DNA from: Haplodiscus bocki
Lineage: Eukaryota
NCBI GenBank assembly: GCA_965655095.1
Contig: OZ296651.1
Coordinates: forward strand, 79,546,001 to 79,610,000
Length of the DNA: 64,000 nucleotides
Reading direction: 5' to 3'
Shown: positions 41,411 through 52,333 of the stretch, one piece after another
Layout of the letters: each line of letters begins with the position of its first letter
How positions within the stretch are numbered: position 1 is the stretch's first letter
Notes under the pieces: model-generated
What the model was told of the DNA's origin: nothing
What the model saw: the letters and a program-made list of their open reading frames with translations, nothing else
The model's database searches: none
Translations under genes and position numbers: made by a program

Positions 41411-41921
41411 AAAAGATCGTGACACCCGCCGATGCATATGTTTTTGGGTTCCCTTTGCATTTTCACGTTGTTTTCCCGAATACACAAAAAAATCACCATA
41501 TCCCCCATTTCTCACTCAATTATCCGCCATTATACTCATCCGTCGATTATCTGCCACTCTAATATCCCCGTTTTTGGCATCATACCATGCATACCTTTTG
41601 GCCGCCCTTCACATTTTCTCCTTGGTACTTCTGGAAAACTAAAACTTTCGTTATAAGCCCATAGAATTCCTCGATCATCCGCCACTCTGTTTATCCCTCG
41701 ATTACCTGCCACGGTACTATCCGTCAGCTTTGCAAACTTAAGGTGGAAAATCGAGGAACGGTATACTTCCCTCAGGTGTGTTGATTTTCTTTGAGACAGG
41801 AATGCCATCTAATGGATCAGCAGAATGCGGCGGTAGAAGGAAAAAAGTGAAAGCAGGCTACGGAATTCAAGATTTTGCTCAATACTAAAGCATAGTCGCA
41901 AAATAATAAATTCTCACTAAC

Positions 41922-42677
41922 CGATAACACGTCAGTTTTGACAACTTCTGAAAGGGGAGGTAAGGCTGATTGGCTGGCTGATGTTGACGTCAACTGGACC
42001 TGATTGCTAGTAGGCGGAGGAGGCACGAAGACTGGAGCAGTGACCGTAGTACTACTTGCGCTGATTGACGTTGCTGCTGTTGATATAGATTCCTCAGGCA
42101 GAAGATCCTCTAACCTTTGTGAGGGTATCGGTCTATTGATCATGGAACAGGTCGCAGTGTGCACCTGCAGTAAGAATTCTAACTGGTCTCTCTGTTTTGT
42201 GAGTTTCTCGATGTCCAATTTCAATTCTTTCACTTTCTCTTCCCAGTCGCATGCTTCCTGGCAAAAGAGATAAAACTGAGGATTATGTCTCCAGTAAATA
42301 CATCATGTTAACATGTGAACACATCCTAAGGTTGAGATCAATTTCTTGCAATGAGTCCTGGTCATTTTCACGTGAAAAATTAGTTCCTTCATAGTATTCA
42401 TTCAGATTATCTAACAAAAGGTGAGAAATTTGATCAAACCACTTTTGCAAAGCTAATTGGCGAAGTTGAAACAAACAATCAAAGATTCGTGGGTTGATTT
42501 TTTTCCCGAAAACACAGAACGTGGCTGTATGCGCACTACTTCTAAAACGGCAAGAACATGGTAATTAACCTTCTCTAGGCGACATATTGTTTCTCGCCTT
42601 CTGTTCCGACATCTAGCAGCAGCTGCTTTGTTTCTCTCGCGTCGCTGATTGAGTTTCTCTTTGTCAGAATCTGACAA
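41922..42677 (-). CDS. FOS: Fos-family bZIP transcription factor, basic-region exon 42570..42677 and zipper exon 41922..42257
   Basis: LSDSDKEKLNQRRERNKAAAARCRNRRRETICRLEK is a 108-bp phase-0/0 exon, like the vertebrate FOS basic-region exon. It is followed by EACDWEEKVKELKLDIEKLTKQRDQLEFLLQVHTATC (Fos-type LEF.L..H...C). Canonical AG/GT sites. Upstream exon(s) not identified. Confidence 0.88.
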
Positions 42678-45082
42678 CTAAAACAAAAAAAGATCTTTAA
42701 TAGTTCCAAGGATTAGCGATTGGAACACGATGCCAGCATGGCAAAAGATCAATCTTCACATGCCTTTTTTCTCTTCAGAAAGCGAGTTACGAAAACAATT
42801 CATATATGGTACAAAAATTCAAACCCCCCAAAAAAACAAAACTAATGTCGAGGGAGGCATTGGCTTTTTGGGTATAGTTGAGCCATATACATTAAAATAT
42901 AGATTATAGATTTCGAAAATGGACTACAGTTTATGAGCAATTACCAAAAGTTTAACCATTTAGTGAGTACGTAAGTAAGTTCTCATGATTAAATTATGAG
43001 CTGGTACAGAGGGTGCAGGCCATTCTGCCTCCGACGTCATCTTTCGGCTTGCCCTCAAATCAGCGATACAGGACAGAATAACTTCTCCGATGCGATAGGC
43101 AATATCCAGACGAAAATTAGTTTTGCTAACTTTGGAAGTTCCACATTTTCTATAAGGTAGTTACGCTAGGCCCGCTAGAGAACTTTGACGATTGGTCAAT
43201 TTTCCCAAAAGTTGACGAGGGAAGCATGTCGTGACTTATCTGGACGAGCAGTCATTGGTGAACATTTTTTTTAAAATAGTTCAGATATACTAAATTATGC
43301 AATATGATCACCTAATCTATAAATTTTGCTTCCACTTGCGATTCATTAGATGTTTTCTCTTTTATATGCGACCGTTATTGACTGTAAGAAGGCTTTCCAG
43401 CGTAGTGACGCTGACCGTCCATACTTGATCAGGACCCTTCAGTGTTATCGGCATGAATATTGGCTTTAGTACGCACGTTACTAGTAACGGAATCCGCAGT
43501 TTTTTCAAGAGGGCTTCAGCCTTTGAAATTGCTGACGATTTTAGAAAAGCTTCGGAACTAATGAACTAAAACGCCTCGGACACTATACATTTCCAATTTG
43601 TGCATCAATATTATTTGATTTATTGTGTCTATCACTTTGCTAAGAACAAGACGCAGAACAGGTTTCACGTTAAATTCGACCGTAATTTCTCCACCGAATT
43701 TCGGGTAATACTGTACCTATTTCCGAACCAAAATAGCTTTTTAATTGGCATTTTACAAAACTGAAAGCCCGGTTATAAGTTGCTGTTTTAAACACTACTA
43801 AGGTTCTACAGAGACTGGTCTAAATTTTTTAATGACGAGCCATTTTGGAACACCGAAGGTATTGCTTTCTTCAGGCAAATTGGAATGTTGAGGACAAGCG
43901 CTATGACTCGGATAGTGTTCAGACACAATGGCATCTTTCTGCCGGGCAGAAGGACACCCAATTTATTTGACATGAAACAAACGAAAGAGCACTTTAGTTA
44001 TCATATCATAGGTTCTAAGTTCGTTATTTTCTCCGAAATCTAATAAAAAAAATCAACAACAATTCAATATTTGACGTATCGTCGAAGGACAGTTCTTTGA
44101 TGACATTGTGAGCTTCAGTTCAAAAAAATGGCAAATCAACATCGAAAAGTTTTGGGAGCAGCGGTGTTGGGAGATATGAATCGGAATGGATTCATACTTA
44201 AAACTTATTACCCAATGCCGAAAAGATTCAAAAATTGAATACTTCTTGTGATTCATGTTGAGCCCCAGAGGCTTGATTCACCAGACAAAAGAACGGAAAT
44301 CAACCACTGAAGACATTAAAAATGGTGGTAAATAAAAATTCGTTACACTGTCGTTCATTCTTTCTCAAATAAGAACCTTGAATATTACTTTGTTCTGTCA
44401 AGGGAAAATGTAGGGCACTAAAAATTTAGATAAGTAAGTGTATCTAAAACGGTAAAGAAAAACTTTGCATAAAACCCACATTTGAATTTGCTGTTTTGTT
44501 CTTCAACGAATTTGAATTTATTCGAAAAAAATTTTATCAATTTATTCGAGAAGTGGAAGTCAATTGTTGTTGTTCCAAGAAGTGGGACTAAAAAAATCTA
44601 AAAAAACGAAATAAAACGTTTTCACAGGACTTTTGAATATGAAGATTCAGGGTATGCGTTTGAAAAGTTGATTTAAAAACATTTCAAAAGTCTATCACGG
44701 GAGTGAACTTCGAAAGTCGCGTACTTAGGGAAAAATGAACAATTTTTAAAACAGGTTATCAAAATTTGATGAAAAAATAAGAAATATCTCCAAGACGAAA
44801 AACGGTTGGGCACTACCATTCTACAGCGTTTCCACTTCGACCAGTAAAAGCGTTTTTTAACAACGAGGAGTTTGATGGAAAAATGTCAATTTTCTCCAAA
44901 ACTGGTGGTCGCATTCAGCTGAGATTACGTATGTCAGTTCACCAGTCGAATTACGTTTGAGCAAAGGGGGGTAACTGAAAACACCATATTGGAATTGAAA
45001 TTCGAATTTTTGCCACAAAAACTGAATCACACAAACACGGCCGCCGTAGCATTTTAGGAAATTGCATTGACAAAAACTTCAC

Positions 45083-45572
45083 AAGTTTCATTATGAGAGG
45101 GATATCAAAAGTCGCGTAAGTTTCATTATGAGAGGGATATCAAAAGTCGCGTAAGTTTCATTATGAGAGGGATATCAAAAGTCGCGTAAGTTTCATTATG
45201 AGAGGGATATCAAAAGTCGCGTAAGTTTCATTATGAGAGGGATATCAAAAGTCGCGTAAGTTTCATTATGAGAGGGATATCAAAAGTCGCGTAAGTTTCA
45301 TTATGAGAGGGATATCAAAAGTCGCGTAAGTTTCATTATGATAGGGATATCAAAAGTCGCGTAAGTTTCATTATGAGAGGGATATCAAAAGCCGCGTAAG
45401 TTTCATTATGAGAGGGATATCAAAATTCGCGTAAGTTTCATTATGAGAAGGATATGAAAAGTCGCGTAAGTTTCATTATGAGAGGGATATCAAAAGTCGC
45501 GTAAGTTTCATTATGAGAGGGATATCAAAATTCGCGTAAGTTTCATTTTGAGAGGGGTATCAAAAGTCGCGT
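45083..45572 (+). repeat. Minisatellite, 14 x 35 bp (AAGTTTCATTATGAGAGGGATATCAAAAGTCGCGT)
   Basis: Head-to-tail units with no spacers. Copies 1-7 and 12 are identical; copies 8-11, 13 and 14 carry 1-2 substitutions. Confidence 0.97.
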
Positions 45573-45872
45573 AGTTCACGCGAAAATCGACAATTTTCGA
45601 AGATAGTTTTTTTCAAAGACTGATCAGAAAAGTGAAGATCAAAAGTTCTCGAGCTGAAAAAGGCCATTCGTACAAGAGGGAAAACGCTAAGGCCTCTAAA
45701 CGAAACCGTTTAGCAATAGTGGTTTTTCAGTTTTAAAACTTTTCCGGAAAAATGAGGATATTAAAATTGACAGTTTTGATCAAAAATGTCAATTTTCTTT
45801 GGTTCTCAAAACTGGTGTATTGGTTTAGTGATCGGATCCACCGTAAATTTGGCGGGTCATTTGTTAAATTAT

Positions 45873-46060
45873 TCCTATATAAAAAGGAGGTAGTGAACCG
45901 TGTCCCGGCTGTTCAAAGCTCCAACAATTTATCTGACGTTTTTGCCAAGAAAGGACAAAGCGAGAAAATGAAAGCAAGCCAATGAAAAAGTGAGAATGAA
46001 TTAAGCGAAAAGGTCCTGCTCATGGCTTCATGATGATCACGCCAAAAAGAAAAAGCCATC
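45873..46060 (+). mobile_element. Helitron-like 5' end fragment, copy 2
   Basis: TCCTATATAAAA start; homologous to 18594-18790. Confidence 0.5.
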
Positions 46061-48249
46061 GAGTTCATTCAAGCAATGTGCTAAAAAGAGTGTAAGCGAA
46101 AGCACATGGAAATACTTTGCTTTTACAAAAACAACATGAAAACATGGAGAAAAAACAATCATTCGGATACCATAGAGGGAACCAAATTTCCGACTTGCAA
46201 GACTTTGACCACAGCAAAAACCATCACCGAAAAAACAATCTACCGATCTCAAATACTCAAAACTTGAAACTGAACAAGGATTGTCAGTGTCGCATTTCTA
46301 ATTTCTACTGGATATGATTTTCTATGACGACTCGCAAAACAACTAAATTGATATGTTCACTTCGACAAACCAACAACAACAAACTCAACAAATCCTCATT
46401 TAGTCCAATTTTTATACACTGACATTTCGATTCATTATTAGATTATTATTATTAGTATTATTATTAGATACTTTCGTCATCGGTTGATTTAATAGCAATG
46501 GATTATTAAAAAGCAAGTCCTTCTAGAAATAAAAAGTTAAGAACTTTACAGCAAAACAAGAATAAACGGCTTCCGGAAATTAGATTTACAACAAAATTAC
46601 TTCAATTGATATTAGACTCACTATTTATCCAAGGAAATTCCATGTTGAGATTCAACAAGATGAAACGTTCACACATATCTGTATATTTTCAAAATTTCCC
46701 TAAATGATGTCGAGTAATATGCTGTCATCGAATATTTTCCCTGATATGTTCAAACTTTGCATTGGCAGAAAAAAAATTCCCTAGAAACATTGATCTCAAG
46801 ACTTTCACCTTATATCGGTCTGCGGTCTCAAAAGTAGAGTATTTAACATAAAGTTGAGTTGGTTCAGTAATTTGCCCAATGAAGTTTTGCGTTTTTCAGA
46901 GTAATTTTCATTTGGTAGCCGATTTCTGCCAGATACTGTGAATTCATACTCAGGTTTTATAAAATTACCAAGAATACAACAGATCAACCGAAGTTAATCG
47001 GAGACGAATTCAATCGGCCACTGAAAGGAGCAGTCACATTTTGCAACAACGAGACAATTAGATCCAAACGCGTGCAGACTAATGAAAACATAGTCCAAGA
47101 TACGAATTACACTCGGCACTAGTAGTAAGGGATTCGCTGGTCCCAAATGGAGGGATCCTCCAACTTCAAAATCCCAACCCCTCCGATGAAAGAATGGCGT
47201 TTTACCTGACTACTCACTATCTTTGTTAATGAGAAAGACTGAGTAGAAATCAATTACATTGATTTTTTTAAAAGAAAAAATTGAAACAGCGGACAGAACA
47301 CCTCAGTTATTTACAACTGGAGTTCTGTCGGACTCGCACTTTGGACAAGTAAAGGCCTCTGCTCATCACCGTCTAATCTATTCTCATATCTGCTAACACC
47401 AACTGATGGTATTTATTATTGGAGCAAGTTATTTTGAGAAAGCATTAAAGGAAGGACCCAGAAAATCCATTTGAAAACTGCCAAAAAGCTGTTTCCCCTT
47501 GTCAGTTCACAGTTTCAGCCGCAGAGCAAAAAATTAACCAAAAAATTTACAGCCGCTGTTGGATCGATAATCTGACAGGAAGTAGCGGCACATACTTCTA
47601 AGGCACGACGTCATCAGTAACACCTAGAGAACACGCAAATTGAAGAAAGTCAACATCAGCTCAAAATTAAAGACCATGAAAATTTCAAAAAAATATATAG
47701 CATCGGCGTTCCAGCGGTTCTTTATACACCTCGTCTTGGTACTGGAAACAAAACGAAAGTTCGGAAAACCCTTGAGCCCCACATTAATGACGCCACGAAC
47801 TTTCTACGACAAAAAACGATGAGACGAAACTTCTCCAAGAGTTGGGGAAAAGATCACACTGCACCTTAGCTGCGGTTGTCATTCGTACAATCATGAAACA
47901 TAGAGACAACTTTGAGATCCCCCACCTTAAAACCGGAAAACTATACGTTGGTACTTCAATTCAAATTTATACCGTTGACTCCTTTCAGTGGTTTAGGCGA
48001 TCTGTCTTGGAACTACTTTTGGTTAGTAAACAGTTTACAAGGAGAAAAATCGAAGAATTAAAAGCAAACCACGCCCGCGAGATTCGGGATCAAAAATGGC
48101 AATTCACACTGTACATAACGTACCCTGGCACATTAGGGTGATCTGAAACCCTCTCAGATCAACGCTTACAGCGGCAATCAAATTTTCTCTCAGTACAGTT
48201 GCAGCAAGGGACAGCACAATAAGTTTTCGCATAGCATACCAGTTTGCGG

Positions 48250-49270
48250 CTTGATAAGGAGGGGAAGAAAAAGAAATCGTACCTCAAGAATGGAGAGAAA
48301 AACTTCAGAAGGTACTGTCAAATACAGAATATGGCGAGAAAAAGATCCCGCGAGGACCAAGCCGAGTAAGAGCAAACGGTAACACATGATGTAAATGAAC
48401 CTTAAGAGGTTTTGAAGTTCTGTGACTTCAAAATTAAACAAAAAAAGCTACCGCTACCACTACTGGCGGAAATGGCTAAGATCAAGGAATAAAGATAAGG
48501 TACAGGTTTTGAACAACTACTTTGCATGTATTGAACGAAGAACCGGATCAGTCCATATATACGAAAACCCGAATAGTATTGCGCTGATCGGGATATTAAT
48601 CGTTCAATAGACCCGGCAGACCGGCAACAGGACAAACTGATCCTCAACAAATCTCATACCAGATGATCTACCACCGAGACTAACTAAAAACTATAAGCAC
48701 AATTTGACAAAGCCCTTACTACTGACTCTCGAATTGTCATATGGGAAGGATCGACTACCATCGAAGTGGAAAATAGCTACCATAAATGCCATACAAAAAA
48801 GATCCAAACATGAGTTCAGCAAATGCAGGCCTATTATCATAACACCATTTCTGAAACAGATGGAACACCTGTTATAGGGGAATATGCCCATTGCTATAAG
48901 CAATTCGGCTTCAATCCAGAAACATCTACGCAGATGCAGGTGCTCAAACTGATGAATAGATGGACGTTGGAAATTGATCAGGGCGACGAACTAGAATTAG
49001 TAGTCAGGGATTTTGCGGAGGCAGTTATAGAGACATCAGTCCAACTGCTGATTTTTCATTATTACAGGACGACCGAATGATCATTAGAAAGCGTTGGGTT
49101 CTTTTTCTGATGATCTAAAAAGAGCTTGGCCACGACTTTATTCGAACAGTATATTTTCTATTATAGTTTCAAAGTATCCCAGTTTATCGTACTTTATATC
49201 AGAATAGCAATATTCAGAAAAATAATAATTTACTTGACCATATTTGGTATCTTGTAAGACATATTTTCTG
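48250..49270 (+). mobile_element. Decayed CR1/L2-type non-LTR retrotransposon, ORF2 reverse transcriptase relic
   Basis: Broken frames give KVQVLNNYFAC, PDDLPPRLTK...LTKPL...LPSKWKIATINAIQK...CRPIIIT and QFGF...W...IDQG...VRDFAEA, the conserved pre-RT and RT0-2 motifs. Many stops; may extend left to about 47600. Confidence 0.75.
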
Positions 49271-51555
49271 ATTATACAGGATGTTCATTGAAGATTAATG
49301 TTGTTCAACAAAGTTCATGATTCATAGGTCATGACACTCCCCACTGTTGAGAGAAAAAAAAACAACCAGCGTCCAGGGCAATGAGCATCATCATCGGCCA
49401 CGAGCTGGGGATGAAAAACATCGTTTGAAAGATGCGAGTAAACCACAATGTCAAAACTCCAGCAGAAAAAATGAAAAATGCAAATACGAAAAGATAAGGA
49501 AGAAGATGAAGTTAAAATTTATCTTGCGGTAGAAAAGGGAAGCATCGGTCAACAGACTTGTAGACAGGATAAAGGGGGCAAGCAAGAAAAACGATTTTTA
49601 TTGGGGGGTACAAGCGAACGGAAAGCAAAATTTTCCGTTTGGACTCTGCATTTTGTTTTGAAAGGTTTTGTGAAACGACTACATGGTCATATTATACAGG
49701 AGTGATACTGAAGAGAAGTAGCCTTGAACTCAAAAAGAGATAATGAAAGGGCGCAAAGAGCAGTTGTTTAAAGGTGAATTCGAGTTTTACAGAACTGCAG
49801 TTTGAGGAAAAAATATTTGCGATGAAGATGATCATGCTTTGAATTGCTGCATGGACGTTCAGATGATCCGACTCCCGGCAGAAAGACGTAAAAAAGTTTC
49901 AAGGAAAATGGATCAGTGTGTCGTGTTGTCCCGATGGCAATTACTTGTTTGAAAATGAGAAAATAACAGCTCGAGCAGGAAGGTTTACCGGGTGCAACGA
50001 TCATGCTGTGCAAGCTGATAAAAAAGAGGCCGCTTAAGCAGTTCAAGAGAAAGGCGGTGGATCAATGAAAGGGTTCAGCATCAAAGGTGCGATGATACTG
50101 AATACTGTTGATCGTAGCGATATGTAGAGTAAGTTATGCAGCCAAGTGCAGTAGAAGTGGCGGAAAAAAAATTGTTCCCGAGCAAAACATCTATACTGTA
50201 CATTTTAGTTTTCTGTTGATTTTAGACTGGCTCTTAAAGTGACATTAACTACATCTCCTTTCAGTCAATTTATTTTTTTAACAAAAGCCAGTAAATTGTT
50301 GTTGCAATTTGGTCCACTTTGATAATTAACTGTATTGAAGGTGATGATGTAACTTCGTGTAGACAGTGTGATAAATTCGTTCAGTATTAAAATTTTTGTT
50401 TTGTACACTACTCGTGTTTTCTTTGAAACGTATTTATATAAAGTGAGGGTATCTGGCAAACTACTCAGGCGCTTCGATGTCAAATTTTCCGATCTCAATC
50501 TTTTCATGATTTCTAGTGTATTGACTTAGAGCGTGTGTTTGCGTGCGGTTAATGGAAATCATTGAGGCTTCGATGTCCGGACCTTGCATAGATCACATCA
50601 CTCAAACGCTTGGGACCCAAAGCACTGACTATATTCTTCCCGACCTCTTGAATGGTCGTGTGAAGTGCTTTGTTAGGGCGTCTAGGTGATGTGTTTGGAC
50701 ATCGACTGTTTTTCAGTCGAATGTGTCAAACGCGCTGAAAAACGTTTAAGTCATTTTCCCGGTAGGATTTTGGTCATCACAGGGGGCGTTACTCTGCCCA
50801 AATTTTTCCCAGTGAGATGAGCCCGTTTTTGGGGTCCAATTGCGAAAAGATGGAAAAAGTCGCAATGTAAAATTTGCCTGGGTTCCAAGAATTTGCAAAT
50901 GTGCATTTTGTTGTTATAAATTTGAAGAGTTAGTAATTCCGAGGTATGTGTCCGAATTAGCCGGAACGTCTGTTGTGGATGGCAGAGCAGAGTTGATGTA
51001 GCGTTGATCGCTTTGAGGACGTGAGCATATTATGTGAGCTTTTTGAAAAATGGGACGATCGGGTGTTCATGCAAATATTCCCAATCTTTGACACGAACAA
51101 CTGCTACAGGTCGGGTTTTGATTTGTAGACCAGGTATTGACAATCTGAAAGGAAAACGTCTATGGACTTTCTGATATTTGCGCAAAAGGTACGTAACGAG
51201 TATATGAGCTGCGATTGAAACAACGAAACTAGTAAAAAACAAATGGGTGGGCCATTCGACTGTCTTTTCAAATTTTGACGAGAACTGCGGATTACAGTGA
51301 GGCATTTGTTATTACTGGATCAGCTATTTTCTCAATCTCTGTCCGAAAATTTGACCCTGCTGGTGTGTCCGGAACCGCACAACACCTACCATTGTCATCC
51401 TCGGCGCTCTTATACTGGCTCTGACTCGACCGTTGTGTAAGGCTGGAGAAGTTGAATCCCTCTTTAACGGACGTCCACTCCGCTGAAAAAATCTGTAAGT
51501 TTTTTCGCACAGGCTTCTTACATGTGCTGTGTTGCTGGGGCTTCTGCTGTGGAAT

Positions 51556-52292
51556 CTTTCGCAGGGCTTTTCCGTGCGCTCTTTCACAAGCGCCTTTTCC
51601 GTGCGATATTCGGCAGGGGCTTTTTCCGTGCGCTCTTTCGCAGGGGCTTTTTCCGTGCGCTCTTTTGCAGGGGCGATTTCCGTGCGCTCTTTCCTGGAGG
51701 GTTTTTCCGTGAGCTCTTTCGCGGGGGCTTTTCCCGTGCGCTGTTTCGCAGGGTTTTTTCCATGCGCTATTCCGCAGGGGTTTTTTCCGTCCAGTATTTC
51801 CCAGGGGCTTTTTTCGTGCGCTCTTTTGAAGGGGCGTTTTCCGTGCGCTCTCTTGCAGGGGTTTTTTCCGTGCGTTCTTTTGCAGGGGCGTTTCCCGTGC
51901 GCTCTTTCGTAGCGGCTTTTCCCGTGCGCTCTTTCGCAGCGGCTTTTTCCGTGATCTTTTTCGCAGGGGCTTTTTCCGTGCGATTTTCTTCGCAAGGGCT
52001 CTTCCGGTGCGCTCTTTCGTGGCGGCTTTTCCCGTGCGCTCTTTCGCAGCGACTTTTTCAGTGCTCTTTTTCCCAGGGGCTTTTTCCGTGCGATTTTTTT
52101 CGCAAGGGCTCTTTCGGTGCGCTCTTTCGTAGCGGCTTTTCCCGTGCGCTCTTACGCAGCGACTTTTTCCGTGCTTTTTCGCAGGGGCTTTTTCGGTGCC
52201 ATGTTTCCCAGGGGCTTTTTCGCTGCGCTGTTTCGCAGGGGCTTTTTCCCTGCGCTATTTTCCGCAAGGGCTCTTTCGGTGCGCTCCTGCCC
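51556..52292 (+). repeat. GC-rich 27-bp tandem array (TTCCGTGCGCTCTTTCGCAGGGGCTTT, about 27 copies), subterminal in the Maverick
   Basis: 27-bp period explains the 9-aa repeats (AKERTEKAP, SVRSFAGAF) in overlapping ORFs; about 110-bp higher-order repeat at 51881-52190. Confidence 0.92.
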
Positions 52293-52333
52293 AGAGAGTT
52301 TCTTTGAAGCTCACTTCCACGGTTGAGTGTTAT

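Noticed and set aside
42678-43120. Candidate upstream Fos exon (AAG|GCATGT donor near 42773; short GC-rich frame at 43000-43100)
   Set aside because: In-frame stop just upstream of the first, and no suitable phase-0 donor or Fos-like sequence in the second.
45083-45572. CRISPR array (35-bp repeats with polarised decay)
   Set aside because: Units are contiguous with no spacers, no cas genes are present, and the context is eukaryotic.
49300-50140. Purine-rich coding-like stretch left of the Maverick
   Set aside because: No sustained ORF or recognisable motif; probably unclassified TE debris.
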